This document shows, in pieces, positions 29,997 through 40,459 of a stretch of DNA of 64,000 nucleotides. The stretch lies in contig CAWDNI010000007.1 of NCBI GenBank assembly GCA_963803615.1, forward strand, positions 23,445 to 87,444. The letters are read 5' to 3'. The DNA comes from an uncultured Acidobacteriaceae bacterium. GTDB lineage: Bacteria > Acidobacteriota > Terriglobia > Terriglobales > Acidobacteriaceae. Below the pieces are notes generated by a model. It made no database searches and was not told the DNA's origin. It saw only the letters and a program-made list of their open reading frames with translations. The translations under genes were made by a program, and so were the position numbers. Numbering within the stretch: position 1 is the stretch's first letter; every line of letters begins with the position of its first letter.

Positions 29997-31125
29997 TCGA
30001 TTTGCCCTACTTGTACTCCTGTCGATCCTCGCTTTATGCTGCCCTGTTCCTCGGATGTGGGCGGCCCAGGCGTCGGCGCAATCCGGATCCGTCAGTCAAA
30101 CCCAGCGGGAAACCCAACCGGTCCTCAATAGGGACCACGACCCGATCGCTTCACCCGACCCTGAAGAAATCCCCTCGGCCAAGGCGCCTCCGAAGACGGG
30201 CAGCCAAACTCTTACCCGCGGCCGCAACGGACAATACACGCTGGAGCGCACCGTTGATGAAGTCGTCTTGAATGCCACGGTCCTCGACAATAAGGACCAT
30301 ATGGTCGAAACCCTCGATAAGAATGATTTCCAGGTCTTCGAGGACGGAGTACCCCAGACCATTACTGCCTTTCAACACCAGGATATCCCCATCTCTCTGG
30401 GAATATTGGTCGACAACTCCGGCTCGATGCGCGACAAGCGGCAGGCGGTGAACCAGTCTGCTGTTGATTTGGTGCACGCTTCCAATCCCGAGGACGAGAG
30501 CTTTGTAGTTAACTTTTCCGACGAGGCTTATATCGATCAGGACTTCACCGCGAGCATCCCCAAACTGCGTGAAGGTCTTTCCCATATTGATTCCAAAGGC
30601 GGAACCGCCCTTTACGATGCCATCATGGCGTCGGCGGACTATCTCACCAAGAACGCGAAACGGTCCAAGCAGGTTCTTCTTGTGATTACGGATGGAGAAG
30701 ATAACGCCTCGAGCACTACGCTGGAGGAGACAGTCCGCCGCGTTCAGGATCTCCAAGGGCCGGTGGTCTATTGTATTGGATTGCTTTATGACGACCAGGG
30801 CGGAGGCCGTGAGACCCACCGCGCGCGCAGGGCATTGGAGCTGCTGGCCAATCAGACGGGAGGATTAGCGTTCTTTCCCAAGAATCTGGAACAGGTGGAT
30901 TCGATCGCAGGAGAGGTGGCCCGCGATATCCGCGAGCAATACACGCTTGGATATCACTCCACTAAGCCCATTAGTCAAGGGGGCTTTCGGACCATCCGGG
31001 TGGATGCGAAGGCAAAAGGGTACGGCAAGTTGATTGTTCGGACCAAGACCGGATATTACCCAAACGCAAAGGCCGCAGCCGCCGCCCCGCAGGGAAAGAG
31101 CCAGTCTCATCGGAATTCAGATTGA
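29980..31125 (+). CDS. VWA domain-containing protein (acidobacterial VWFA-related type), paralog of the preceding gene
   Basis: Signal peptide, FQVFEDGVPQTITAF, and MIDAS DNSGSM. Overlaps the end of the preceding gene. Start is 29962 or 29980. Confidence 0.8.
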   Translation: MPHCSNRFALLVLLSILALCCPVPRMWAAQASAQSGSVSQTQRETQPVLNRDHDPIASPDPEEIPSAKAPPKTGSQTLTRGRNGQYTLERTVDEVVLNATVLDNKDHMVETLDKNDFQVFEDGVPQTITAFQHQDIPISLGILVDNSGSMRDKRQAVNQSAVDLVHASNPEDESFVVNFSDEAYIDQDFTASIPKLREGLSHIDSKGGTALYDAIMASADYLTKNAKRSKQVLLVITDGEDNASSTTLEETVRRVQDLQGPVVYCIGLLYDDQGGGRETHRARRALELLANQTGGLAFFPKNLEQVDSIAGEVARDIREQYTLGYHSTKPISQGGFRTIRVDAKAKGYGKLIVRTKTGYYPNAKAAAAAPQGKSQSHRNSD

Positions 31126-31255
31126 AGTACGGCTGATACGGTTTGGCCGGGTAAGCGATGCGCTCTTGAATCCCATCGTAGAGATCGGCCGGTTCTTACC
31201 AAGCCGGAGCGCCGTTGAGATGCTATAGGGCTGCTACACTTTTCATGTTGACCCT

Positions 31256-32215
31256 ATGAGCGCTCCCCTCATCGAAAGCCCCGCCTCCGCCTTGCGTGTC
31301 GCCGAAAACATTACGGATTTGGTGGGGCTAACCCCGATGCTCCGCCTGCATAGAATCGCGCCTACCGGCGCAGCCGACGTTTATGCCAAGCTTGAATTTC
31401 TGAATCCTGGCGGAAGCGTAAAGGATCGCGCAGCCCTGGGGATGATTCTGGAGGCCGAACGCCGTGGCCGGATTAGTCCGGGTTCGACGATCCTGGAGGC
31501 GACTGCAGGCAACACCGGTGTGGGACTCGCTCTGGCAGGGGTAAACCGCGGGTATAAGGTCATTCTTTTCGTACCCGAAGGCTATGCCGAAGAAAAATGC
31601 ATTCTCATGCGAGGTTTTGGGGCGACTGTGATTCGCACCCCGGAGGAGGAGGGCATGACCGGCGCCATTCGCCGCTGCCGTGCCGCCGCGGAGGAAATCC
31701 CCGGCTCATTTGCCGCGCTTCAGTTCGACAATCTTTCTAATCCCCAATTCCACTACCAAACCACAGCTCCCGAAATCTGGGAGCAAATGGAGGGCCGAGT
31801 GGACGCCTTCGTCGCCGGCGTGGGCACTGGGGGAACCTTCTCCGGGGTAGCCCGTTTTTTGAAAGAGCGCCGGCCGGAGATTCTTACCGTTGCCGTCGAA
31901 ACGCAGGGTTCCGTGCTCCAGGGTGGCGAGGCGGGTCATCACAAAGTGGAGGGTATCGGCGTATCTTTTATTCCCGACACCTTCAGCCGCGAGCACTGCG
32001 ACGAGATCATCCGTGTCATGGACCCCGAAGCATTCGCCATGGTCAAGCGGCTGGCGGCCGAAGAGGGTGTTCTCGCAGGTTCGAGCGCAGGCGCTTCGGT
32101 GGACGCCGCGATGCAGATTGCCGCGAGATTGGGAAAAGGGAAGCGGGTCGCCACCATCATTCCCGACTCCGCCGAGCGCTATTTGTCGAAAAATATTTTC
32201 GACGGCGGTCTGTGA
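31256..32215 (+). CDS. PLP-dependent cysteine synthase / cystathionine beta-synthase family protein
   Basis: LEFLNPGGSVKDRAA (PLP lysine) and ATAGNTGVGLA motifs. Confidence 0.85.
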   Translation: MSAPLIESPASALRVAENITDLVGLTPMLRLHRIAPTGAADVYAKLEFLNPGGSVKDRAALGMILEAERRGRISPGSTILEATAGNTGVGLALAGVNRGYKVILFVPEGYAEEKCILMRGFGATVIRTPEEEGMTGAIRRCRAAAEEIPGSFAALQFDNLSNPQFHYQTTAPEIWEQMEGRVDAFVAGVGTGGTFSGVARFLKERRPEILTVAVETQGSVLQGGEAGHHKVEGIGVSFIPDTFSREHCDEIIRVMDPEAFAMVKRLAAEEGVLAGSSAGASVDAAMQIAARLGKGKRVATIIPDSAERYLSKNIFDGGL

Positions 32216-32231
32216 TAGAGCTCGATCGGGA

Positions 32232-33389
32232 ATGCGCATGACATCCAAGGCAGGCTTCTCCACTCGCGCCATACACGACGGCCAAAACCCGGACCCGGCA
32301 ACCGGCTCCGTCAACGTTCCCATTTATGCCAGCTCCACCTACGCACAGGAGGAGATTGGGAAGCACAAGGGCTACGAGTATTCGCGCGTGTCCAACCCCA
32401 CGCGGACCGCTCTGGAAGAGAATCTGGCCTCGCTCGAGGGTGGAACGTCGGCTCAGGTATTCGCCAGCGGGATGGCCGCAATCGCCGCGCTGGTCGCCAT
32501 GCTCAAGACGGGGGATCACGTCATCTGCGGCGCAAATGTGTACGGCGGCACGCCACGGCTCTTCAATCAGATCGTCGCCAACTACGGTATCGGTTTCAGC
32601 TACGTCGATACCAGCGACGCGGAGAATGTCAGCCGGGCCCTTCAGCCGAATACCAGGCTGGTTCACATCGAAACGCCGACAAACCCCATGATGCAGCTTA
32701 CCGACATTCGTGCTGTCGCCGAAATCTGCCATCGGAGCAATGTCGAGCTGAGTGTCGATAACACGTTTATGTCTCCTTATTTCCAGCGTCCTATTGAGTT
32801 CGGCGCGGATATCGTGATGCATTCGACCACCAAATTCCTCAACGGTCACAGCGACGGATTGGGCGGCGTGCTGGTATCGACCAAGCCTTCGCATCAGGAG
32901 ACCTTCGCTTTCGTGCAAAAGTGTACCGGCGGTATCCTCTCCCCTTTCGAGTGCTTTCTGGTCTTGCGCGGGGTCAAGACCCTGGCTGTTCGCATGAAGC
33001 AGCATGAGATCAATGGCCGTGCGGTTGCCCAGTATCTGGCCGGGCATCCCAAGGTGCAAAGGGTCTATTATCCCGGCCTTCCCGATCACCCCCAACACGA
33101 ATTGGCTAAGCGGCAGATGTCCGGCTTCGGAGCGCTGATTGCGTTTGAAACCGGTTCCCTCAGGAATGCCAATAGCGTGCTCCGCCGCGTTCGCGTATGC
33201 ACCCTGGGTGAGTCGTTGGGCGGGGTTGAAACGCTGATTTCGCATCCGGCGACCATGACGCACGCCGCTTTGGGCGAAGAGGGCCGGGCGAAGATCGGCA
33301 TTACCGATGGCTTGGTGCGCATCTCGGTCGGTATCGAAGATCTGGACGATTTGCTCGAAGACCTGGAACAGGCGCTCAGCGTTCTTTGA
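32232..33389 (+). CDS. cystathionine gamma-lyase/gamma-synthase family PLP enzyme
   Basis: [11 protein letters not shown]-terminus and [11 protein letters not shown] (PLP lysine). ATG at 32232 or 32238. The ORF-track start at 31890 lies inside the previous gene. Confidence 0.9.
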   Translation: MRMTSKAGFSTRAIHDGQNPDPATGSVNVPIYASSTYAQEEIGKHKGYEYSRVSNPTRTALEENLASLEGGTSAQVFASGMAAIAALVAMLKTGDHVICGANVYGGTPRLFNQIVANYGIGFSYVDTSDAENVSRALQPNTRLVHIETPTNPMMQLTDIRAVAEICHRSNVELSVDNTFMSPYFQRPIEFGADIVMHSTTKFLNGHSDGLGGVLVSTKPSHQETFAFVQKCTGGILSPFECFLVLRGVKTLAVRMKQHEINGRAVAQYLAGHPKVQRVYYPGLPDHPQHELAKRQMSGFGALIAFETGSLRNANSVLRRVRVCTLGESLGGVETLISHPATMTHAALGEEGRAKIGITDGLVRISVGIEDLDDLLEDLEQALSVL

Positions 33390-33427
33390 AGGCAAAGTAT
33401 TGTGCGCACAAGATCGGGAGAGACGAA

Positions 33428-34186
33428 ATGAACTCACCGCTAAAGGTTGCGATCGTCACAGGAGCAGGCAGTGGGATTGGCAAAGATACCGCCATCGCGC
33501 TGTCGAAGGAAGGCTACTCGGTAGTTTTCACGGGCCGCCGCCGGGAACCATTGGAGGCGGCTGCGTCGGAATCGAAGAGCGCGCCTGCGCAAACGCTTGT
33601 CGTTCCCGCGGATGTCAGTGACCCGGCAGCCGTGCGAGCGCTCTTTGCAAAAACCGCCGAGACCTTCGGGCGGCTCGATCTCTTGTTCAACAATGCCGGC
33701 CTTTCCGCGCCTGGAGTGCTGCTGGAAGATTTGACCTATGAGCAATGGAAATCCGTACTGGACACGAACCTGACCGGCGCATTTCTCTGCACCCAGGAAG
33801 CATTCAAAATGATGAAAAGCCAGCAACCTCGTGGCGGGCGAATCATCAACAATGGCTCCATCTCCGCCTATGCGCCCAGGCCGAATTCAGTGCCCTACAC
33901 CGCGTCCAAGCACGCCATTACGGGCCTGACCAGGTCGGCCTCGCTGGACGGAAGAAAGTACGACATCGCCTGCGGCCAGATTGATATCGGCAACGCCGAT
34001 ACGCCTTTGGCTCAGAAGATGAAGGAAGGCGTGCCCCAGGCCAACGGCGAGATCGCCAAAGAGCCGACCATGAATCCGGCGGACGTGGCGCGCGCGGTCG
34101 TATATATGGCGAGCCTTCCGCTCGATGCCAATGTCCAGTTCATGACGGTAATGGCGACGAAGATGCCGTTTATAGGCCGCGGGTAA
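33428..34186 (+). CDS. SDR family oxidoreductase
   Basis: TGAGSGIGK and YTASKHA (YxxxK) motifs. ATG at 33428 follows gggagag. Confidence 0.85.
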   Translation: MNSPLKVAIVTGAGSGIGKDTAIALSKEGYSVVFTGRRREPLEAAASESKSAPAQTLVVPADVSDPAAVRALFAKTAETFGRLDLLFNNAGLSAPGVLLEDLTYEQWKSVLDTNLTGAFLCTQEAFKMMKSQQPRGGRIINNGSISAYAPRPNSVPYTASKHAITGLTRSASLDGRKYDIACGQIDIGNADTPLAQKMKEGVPQANGEIAKEPTMNPADVARAVVYMASLPLDANVQFMTVMATKMPFIGRG

Positions 34187-34274
34187 AAACTTCAGTGCGA
34201 GCCGCGGGCGGGCTTTTGCCTTGAATAACTGAAATAATGAGTGCAGAAGTTTTCTAATCGACTGGAGCCTGCCC

Positions 34275-35456
34275 ATGAGCGCCGACACGGCCGCCGGCAT
34301 TCCCCCCGTCTCCCACTGCTTCGCGCTCACCGACGACCAGCAACAGTTGCGCAAGGAAATACACGACTTTGCCGCGCGTGAGATCGCTCCTAATGTCATG
34401 CGCTGGGATGAAGCCAGTGAGTTCCCACAGGAAGTCGTCAGGCAGCTTGGCCAGATGGGCCTGATGGGAGTTACGGTGCCCGTCGAGTATGGTGGGTCAG
34501 GCCTGGCGTACGTTGACTACGCTCTTGCAGTAGAAGAGCTTTCCGCGGTCGATGGCTCGATCGGCATCATCGTCGCCTCCCATAATTCCCTGTGTACAAA
34601 TCACATCTTTGTTGCCGGAAGCGAGCAACAGAAGCGCAAATACGTGCCTAGACTCGCCTCGGGCGAATGGCTGGGGGCTTGGGGACTTACCGAGCCTGGT
34701 TCCGGCTCCGACGCGAGCAGCGCCCGCATGACCGCCGTGCGCAACGGGGATCGCTGGGTGCTCAATGGGAATAAGACATTCATTACCAATGGTCACTATG
34801 CCGATATTTCGGTGGTGATCGCGGTGACCGACAAGAGCAAGGGAACGAAGGGGCTCTCCGCATTCGTGGTGGAGAAGGGAACACCCGGTTTCCGGCCGGG
34901 GAAGAAGGAAAATAAGCTCGGACTTCGGGCTAGCGATACCTCAGAGCTGATCTTCGAAGACTGCGAGCTCCCCGCCGAGAACCTGCTGGGCAAGGAGGGC
35001 GAAGGCTTCATCGACTCCATGCAGGTGCTCGACGGCGGCCGTATCTCGATCGCTGCACTTGCGCTTGGAATGGCCAGGGGAGCGTTTGAAGCCGCACTCC
35101 GCTACACACAACAGCGCCGCCAGTTCGGGAAAGCCATCTCGGACTTTCAGGGTATTCAATGGAAACTCGCCGATATGGCCACGCAACTGGATGCGGCGCG
35201 CCTGCTTACTCTGCGAGCGGCGGTGATGAAAGATGCAGGCCAGAAGACCACTCTGGAATCCTCCATGGCCAAGCTCATGGCGGGAGAAGTTGCCGTCCGG
35301 ATCTGCGACGAAGCAGTTCAGCTCCACGGGGGTTATGGCTTTATCAAGGACTACCCCGTGGAAAAGTTTTATCGCGACGTTAAGCTCTGCACCATCGGCG
35401 AGGGCACCAGCGAAATCCAGCGCATCATCATTGCCCGCGAGCTCCTGCGCAAGTAG
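34275..35456 (+). CDS. acyl-CoA dehydrogenase
   Basis: [22 protein letters not shown] and [17 protein letters not shown] are typical of short/medium-chain ACADs. Confidence 0.9.
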   Translation: MSADTAAGIPPVSHCFALTDDQQQLRKEIHDFAAREIAPNVMRWDEASEFPQEVVRQLGQMGLMGVTVPVEYGGSGLAYVDYALAVEELSAVDGSIGIIVASHNSLCTNHIFVAGSEQQKRKYVPRLASGEWLGAWGLTEPGSGSDASSARMTAVRNGDRWVLNGNKTFITNGHYADISVVIAVTDKSKGTKGLSAFVVEKGTPGFRPGKKENKLGLRASDTSELIFEDCELPAENLLGKEGEGFIDSMQVLDGGRISIAALALGMARGAFEAALRYTQQRRQFGKAISDFQGIQWKLADMATQLDAARLLTLRAAVMKDAGQKTTLESSMAKLMAGEVAVRICDEAVQLHGGYGFIKDYPVEKFYRDVKLCTIGEGTSEIQRIIIARELLRK

Positions 35457-35481
35457 GGATGGCGAGTTAACAGGCCCTAGA

Positions 35482-35988
35482 TCATCTATGCGCAATTGCG
35501 GGTAGAAAACTAAGGCGGAAACACAACCACTGGATTGCTTCCATCACAACGAACAAACTAGCCATGTGTAATGGCGACAGAAGAGATTTGAAACGGATAG
35601 AATTTACAATCCCTATGCTCGACACGGCTCCAACTATGATTGTCATGGCGATCTCGATGTGCGAGAAGTGGCCGCTCAGGAGATGAGATATGCCGAGCAA
35701 GTACGACCAGATAAGCGCCATTAAGATGAGCCAAAATATAAATAGAGGCAATCCTGCCCAGGATGTTGCGCGAGAACGGCGAAGGCCAAGTACGACGCCG
35801 ATCCAGAGCGGTAGTGTCTGAACGAGGTGGCGCAGAACCAGATTGCTGGCGAGACCGACACCGAGCACCATTGCGAAAATGATAGCAAGACAACAGACCG
35901 CGATAGAGAGCGGTACTGTTGATGCAGAATTCGCTGCGGCCGATTGTTTTATTGCGCCGGAATCATCCGTCGAAATTTGACGACTCAT
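35482..35988 (-). CDS. hypothetical membrane protein
   Basis: 168-aa ORF with 4-5 hydrophobic helices. No recognisable family. Visibly lower G+C. Confidence 0.5.
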   Translation of the reverse strand: MSRQISTDDSGAIKQSAAANSASTVPLSIAVCCLAIIFAMVLGVGLASNLVLRHLVQTLPLWIGVVLGLRRSRATSWAGLPLFIFWLILMALIWSYLLGISHLLSGHFSHIEIAMTIIVGAVSSIGIVNSIRFKSLLSPLHMASLFVVMEAIQWLCFRLSFLPAIAHR

Positions 35989-36297
35989 ATTTTTCCTTCA
36001 AATTGCTGAGAATCGAAGGGGCGACAGTCTTTCCGCACTTATCGGAACAGTTAGGAAAAACCACATCCGCAACCTGCGGTTGATGAAACCAAGCAGCCCG
36101 GATCGCGGCTCCGGAAAAGTAGTGCTACCGAAGAAGAGCTGCTCCTGTCAAGGTGTACACCAAAGGCCACGCAGCCCGGTCACAAAAATTCTCGAGAGTT
36201 GTCGATTTCCCGTAATCCGCGCGTCGTACTCATGAAAGAACGAGGAGGCTGGATCGCAAACCCAGCCCTCTTAGAGAGATCGCAAGAGGAGGAGTTT

Positions 36298-36501
36298 ATG
36301 TGTCCAGCGTGCATTGCGACCATGGCGTTGATTTTGGCCGGCGCGACGTCAACGGGCGGTCTGACCGCGATCGTCGTGAGAAAGCTTCAGGCGAATACCG
36401 GCGTGAAAAAAATCGGAATGATAACTGATTCCAAAGGAGAGGAAAATGACCACACTAACAGAGAGCAAGATAGAGCGTCCGAGAGTTGTTTCGCAAGCTG
36501 A
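36298..36501 (+). CDS. small hypothetical membrane protein
   Basis: Strong RBS agaggaggag 5 nt before the ATG. MCPACIATMALILAGATSTGGLTAIVV is a single TM helix followed by a charged tail. The 3' end overlaps the DUF899 start by 56 nt. Confidence 0.45.
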   Translation: MCPACIATMALILAGATSTGGLTAIVVRKLQANTGVKKIGMITDSKGEENDHTNREQDRASESCFAS

Positions 36502-37192
36502 GTGGCTGGCTGCTCGCAGGAAGCTACTCGCCAAAGAAAAAGAAGCCACGCGCCAGCGGGACGCGCTCAGCGCAGAGCGCCGCAAGCTTCCAATGGCGAA
36601 GGTTGAGAAGGAATATGCTTTTGAGGGCCCAAACGGCCGCACTAGTCTGCGCGATCTCTTTGAATGCCATCCTCAGCTCATCGTCTACCATTTCATGTTC
36701 GATCCAAGCTGGGAGGAGGGCTGCAAGAGCTGTTCTTTCTTCGCCGATAACTTCACTGGCGCCATTGTTCATCTGGCCGCGCGCAATACCGCATTCGCGG
36801 TCGTCTCCAATGCGCCGCTGGCAAAGCTGGAGGCATTTAAGAAACGAATGGGATGGATTTTTCCGTGGTATTCATCGTTCGGCAACAGCTTCAACCATGA
36901 CTTTCACGTCACGGTGGGCGAGGCCGAAGGCGGCGACGAGTACAACTACGAGAAGACGGCAAAGCTGAAGCAGACGGGCAAAATTTGGATCGAGAAGGGT
37001 GAGCTGCCTGGGCTGAGTGTCTTCTTTCGCGACGATGACAGCGTTTTTCATACGTACTCCACTTACCAGCGCGGGCTCGATCTGCTCCTGAATACCTACA
37101 ACTACCTCGACTTGACGCCGCTCGGCCGACAAGAAGATGAGGAGCCACACGTAATGGCATGGGTCCGCCATCATGACAAGTACGCAACATAA
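36446..37192 (+). CDS. DUF899 family (thioredoxin-like) protein
   Basis: VSQAEWLAARRKLLAKEKEATRQRDALSAERRKLPM and the CKSCS motif are typical of DUF899. Confidence 0.8.
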   Translation: MTTLTESKIERPRVVSQAEWLAARRKLLAKEKEATRQRDALSAERRKLPMAKVEKEYAFEGPNGRTSLRDLFECHPQLIVYHFMFDPSWEEGCKSCSFFADNFTGAIVHLAARNTAFAVVSNAPLAKLEAFKKRMGWIFPWYSSFGNSFNHDFHVTVGEAEGGDEYNYEKTAKLKQTGKIWIEKGELPGLSVFFRDDDSVFHTYSTYQRGLDLLLNTYNYLDLTPLGRQEDEEPHVMAWVRHHDKYAT

Positions 37193-37257
37193 AAAAGAGA
37201 TAACCGGCTGTCGATTTTCAGCAACTCACACGTCGTACCGGCAGGAGGAACACGAAG

Positions 37258-37593
37258 ATGGAATACTTATTGCTGATCTATGAGAACGAGAACCGCTTCA
37301 GCCAAGGCTATCCCGAGGCCGAGTTGGGCGAATACCGTGCATTCGGCGAGGAATTTGCCGGCGCGATCAAGGGAGGCCATGCTCTGCAGCCTACGCGTAC
37401 CGCCACTACCGTGCGCATTCGCGACGGCAAGCGGCTGACCGTCGACGGACCGTTTGCGGAAACCAAGGAACAACTAGGCGGATTCTATCTGGTCGAGGCG
37501 CGCGACCTTGACGAGGCAACTGCCATAGCGGAGAAGATTCCAGGCGCCCGTTTCGGATCGATTGAGGTGCGGCCGATTATGAAATTCTCCTAG
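37258..37593 (+). CDS. YciI family protein
   Basis: MEYLLLIY.., VDGPFAETKEQLGGFYLVEA and IEVRPI form the YCII/DGPF signature. Confidence 0.9.
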   Translation: MEYLLLIYENENRFSQGYPEAELGEYRAFGEEFAGAIKGGHALQPTRTATTVRIRDGKRLTVDGPFAETKEQLGGFYLVEARDLDEATAIAEKIPGARFGSIEVRPIMKFS

Positions 37594-37690
37594 CGCGCAA
37601 TGGTAACAAAGCCGCTGGGAGAAGGCTCGATCTGCCGGCGCGCGGTGGTTTTCTACCACCGTGCGCCGCAGCATTTAAATCCTAAGCTTG

Positions 37691-38956
37691 ATGCAGGCGC
37701 ATTTGACAGATGCCCAATCCATAGTTGAGAAAGTCTTCCGGGAAGAGGCCGGCAGAATTCTCGCTTCGTTAATCCGGATCTCCGGCTCGTTCGATTTGGC
37801 CGAAGAGGCAACGCAGGAAGCGTTCACCTCGGCGCTCGCTGACTGGCCTGCGCGCGGGATTCCCGAAAAGCCGGGCGCGTGGATCATGGCCGTGGCGCAT
37901 CGAAAGCTGATCGACTACGCACGCCGTCAGAGTACCCGGATGGAAAAGCAAGATGCGCTTGAGCATGAAACGCAGACCGCGACATACGATGAAAATCTAT
38001 CGGCGGAAGAGATGTCCGAGACCTATCCCGATGATCGCTTGCGCCTGATTTTCACCTGCTGCCATCCGGCGCTGAATCGCGAGGCGCAGATCGCACTCAC
38101 CTTGAGGACCCTGGGGGGCTTGACCACGACCGAGATTGCACGGGCCTTCCTGGTGGCTGAGCCGACGTTGGCCCAGAGACTGGTGCGGGCCAAACAAAAA
38201 ATTCGCGACGCGAATATCCCGTACAAGGTGCCCGCGGGCGACCTATTGGAAGAGCGTCTGGAGGCGGTGCAAGCTGTCATCTACCTGATCTTCAACGAAG
38301 GTTATGCGGCGACTGCGGGCGAGCGCCTGACGCGCGGCGATCTCTGCGGCGAAGCGATTCGCCTCGCACGCATGTTGTGCGAACTCCTGCCGAACCAGCC
38401 GGAGAACCTGGGCTTGCTGGCGCTGATGCTTCTTCACGACTCGCGCCGCAACGCCCGGCTCAATTCCCAAGGTGAATTCGCGCCGCTTGAGGAGCAAGAT
38501 CGCTCGCTTTGGGATCGAGAGCAGATCAGCGAGGGCTTGAGTCTGGTTGACAGAGCGCTGCGCCTCCGCTCGGCCGGACAATACCAGTTGCAAGCGGCCA
38601 TTGCGGCCCTGCACTGCCAGGCGCGAACACCCGAAACTACCGACTGGCCACAGATCGCGTTCTTGTATGCGGAACTCGCGCGGTTCTCCGATACCCCGAT
38701 TGTTGCGCTCAACCATGCCGTCGCGGTTGCGATGAGCGAAGGATACGAGAGGGGCCTCGTTTTGCTCGATACCTTGGGATCGTCGGGAGAATTGGAAGGT
38801 TACTACCTCTTCCACGCGGCTCGCGCCGACATCCTCCGTCGGCTCGATCGTCCCCGGGAAGCCGCTGAGGCATACCGCAAGGCGTTGGCCTTAGCAACGA
38901 ACCAGGTCGAAAAAATTTACCTGGGCCGCCGATTACGTGAGGTAAGCCGGCGATAA
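37691..38956 (+). CDS. RNA polymerase sigma-70 family factor (ECF-like, long C-terminal extension)
   Basis: Region 2 ([19 protein letters not shown]) and region 4 HTH ([27 protein letters not shown]). A ~230-aa helical C-terminal extension. Sits next to YciI, as is typical for this class. Confidence 0.8.
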   Translation: MQAHLTDAQSIVEKVFREEAGRILASLIRISGSFDLAEEATQEAFTSALADWPARGIPEKPGAWIMAVAHRKLIDYARRQSTRMEKQDALEHETQTATYDENLSAEEMSETYPDDRLRLIFTCCHPALNREAQIALTLRTLGGLTTTEIARAFLVAEPTLAQRLVRAKQKIRDANIPYKVPAGDLLEERLEAVQAVIYLIFNEGYAATAGERLTRGDLCGEAIRLARMLCELLPNQPENLGLLALMLLHDSRRNARLNSQGEFAPLEEQDRSLWDREQISEGLSLVDRALRLRSAGQYQLQAAIAALHCQARTPETTDWPQIAFLYAELARFSDTPIVALNHAVAVAMSEGYERGLVLLDTLGSSGELEGYYLFHAARADILRRLDRPREAAEAYRKALALATNQVEKIYLGRRLREVSRR

Positions 38957-39030
38957 CGCGGCATAGCTTACCCCCGGATCTGCAGATCTCTCCAATACGC
39001 TTCTCCAACGAGCCGGTTATCATCTGGGTA

Positions 39031-40005
39031 ATGAAAGCGGAGCAAACCTCGGACGCTTGCGCGCCGCAAATCGCGCATCTGATCCGGCAAATGCGCAGTG
39101 GAGATGTGCGTGCGCTTGCGCGGGCCGTTTCGCTGGTGGAAAACGGCGCTGTTGAGGCTGCGCAGATTCTCTCTTGTTGTTTCGCTTATAGCGGCGCAGC
39201 CAGACGCATCGGCGTAACCGGCTCCCCGGGTACGGGCAAAAGCACGCTGGTAGACCAATTGACCCGCCACTATCGCGCGCAAAACATAAATGTTGGCGTA
39301 ATTGCCGTCGATCCTACGAGTCCCTATACCGGGGGCGCGATCCTGGGCGATCGCATTCGCATGCAAGCAACCGAGCGTGATGAGGGATTCTATATGCGAA
39401 GCATGGCTACGCGAGGGTCGCTCGGGGGCTTGGCGCGCGCCACGGCGGATGTTGCCTTGGTTGTCGAGGCTAGCGGCAAGGAGCGTATTCTCATTGAAAC
39501 AGTTGGCGTCGGCCAGGATGAGATCGACGTCGTGCGTCTAGCTGACGCGACGATTGTGGTGCTCGTGCCCGGCATGGGCGATAGCGTACAAAGCATCAAG
39601 GCCGGGATTATGGAAGCCGCAGATATTTTCGTTGTGAATAAAAGCGACCGCGAAGGCGCGGACCGGGTGGAACAGGAAGTGCGAGCCCTGCAGTCGCTCG
39701 CATCGAGCGGCGGCTGGGTTCCGCCGGTGGTTCGTACCATTGCGAACACCGGAGCCGGGATCCTGGAATTGGCGAGCGCGCTGGAAGAATTCTGGTCCTG
39801 GCTCTCAGAGGAGGAGAGATTGATGGAGCGGCGGGAGCGGCAGTGGCGTGACCGGATCTTGGAAATGATTCGTCATGAGCTCTTGAGCCGGGTCCGCGAT
39901 CATGGGCTCAACCAGCAGGCGATTATCGAGATCAGCCGCGAGGTCGCGCGCAAGTTGCAGGATCCCTATCAACTTGTTCCCCGGCTCATCAGAGATTTGG
40001 CCTAA
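39031..40005 (+). CDS. meaB: methylmalonyl-CoA mutase-associated GTPase MeaB/ArgK
   Basis: P-loop GSPGTGKST, DPTSPYTGGAILGDRIRM and VNKSDR motifs. Confidence 0.9.
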   Translation: MKAEQTSDACAPQIAHLIRQMRSGDVRALARAVSLVENGAVEAAQILSCCFAYSGAARRIGVTGSPGTGKSTLVDQLTRHYRAQNINVGVIAVDPTSPYTGGAILGDRIRMQATERDEGFYMRSMATRGSLGGLARATADVALVVEASGKERILIETVGVGQDEIDVVRLADATIVVLVPGMGDSVQSIKAGIMEAADIFVVNKSDREGADRVEQEVRALQSLASSGGWVPPVVRTIANTGAGILELASALEEFWSWLSEEERLMERRERQWRDRILEMIRHELLSRVRDHGLNQQAIIEISREVARKLQDPYQLVPRLIRDLA

Positions 40006-40051
40006 GCAGTTTGGCGCGAATCGAAAGAACGTTTCAGGAGAATATCCGCAA

Positions 40052-40459
40052 GTGTCCAGCATCGATCATTTAGGAATTGCAGTGAAGAGCATCGCGGAAG
40101 CCCGGCGCTTCTATGAGTCGCTCGGCCTCAGCGTTTTGCATGAAGAAGATGTGCAGCAGGAAGGCGTGCGCACGGCGATGATTCCCATTGGCGAGAGCCG
40201 CATCGAGTTGCTGGAGCCTCTTTCCGGGGATACGACAGTTGGTAAGTTTCTCGCCAGGCATGGGGAAGGCCTGCACCATCTTGCGATTCACGTGGATGAC
40301 ATATCCCGCGTTTTCGAGGACATGAAGGCAAGAGGCGTCAAGCTCGCCTGCGATGATATTCAGATCGGGGCCGGCGGCCACTTCTATTTCTTCGTTCATC
40401 CCTCAAATGCCTCCGGCGTGCTGGTGGAGATCTGCCAGGATTCAATTGCCGATGTTTGA
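40052..40459 (+). CDS. mce: methylmalonyl-CoA epimerase (VOC family)
   Basis: GTG at 40052 follows aggag. IDHLGIAV, IELLEP, GEGLHHLAI and FVHP motifs. Confidence 0.8.
   Translation: MSSIDHLGIAVKSIAEARRFYESLGLSVLHEEDVQQEGVRTAMIPIGESRIELLEPLSGDTTVGKFLARHGEGLHHLAIHVDDISRVFEDMKARGVKLACDDIQIGAGGHFYFFVHPSNASGVLVEICQDSIADV

Noticed and set aside
31126-31255. Possible SAM/SAH riboswitch upstream of the cysteine-synthase-like / CGL pair
   Set aside because: Only short ad hoc complementarities (GGTAAG/CTTACC, CGATG/CATCG) are present. None of the conserved SAM-I, SAM-II or SAH core sequences is recognisable.
32157-33437. 426-aa ORF on the minus strand
   Set aside because: It is antisense to the cystathionine gamma-lyase-family gene, which carries the PLP-lysine motif. 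The translation has no recognisable domain and is Arg/Gly-rich. Shadow ORF.
38968-39366. 132-aa ORF on the minus strand
   Set aside because: It overlaps the well-supported meaB gene in antisense.
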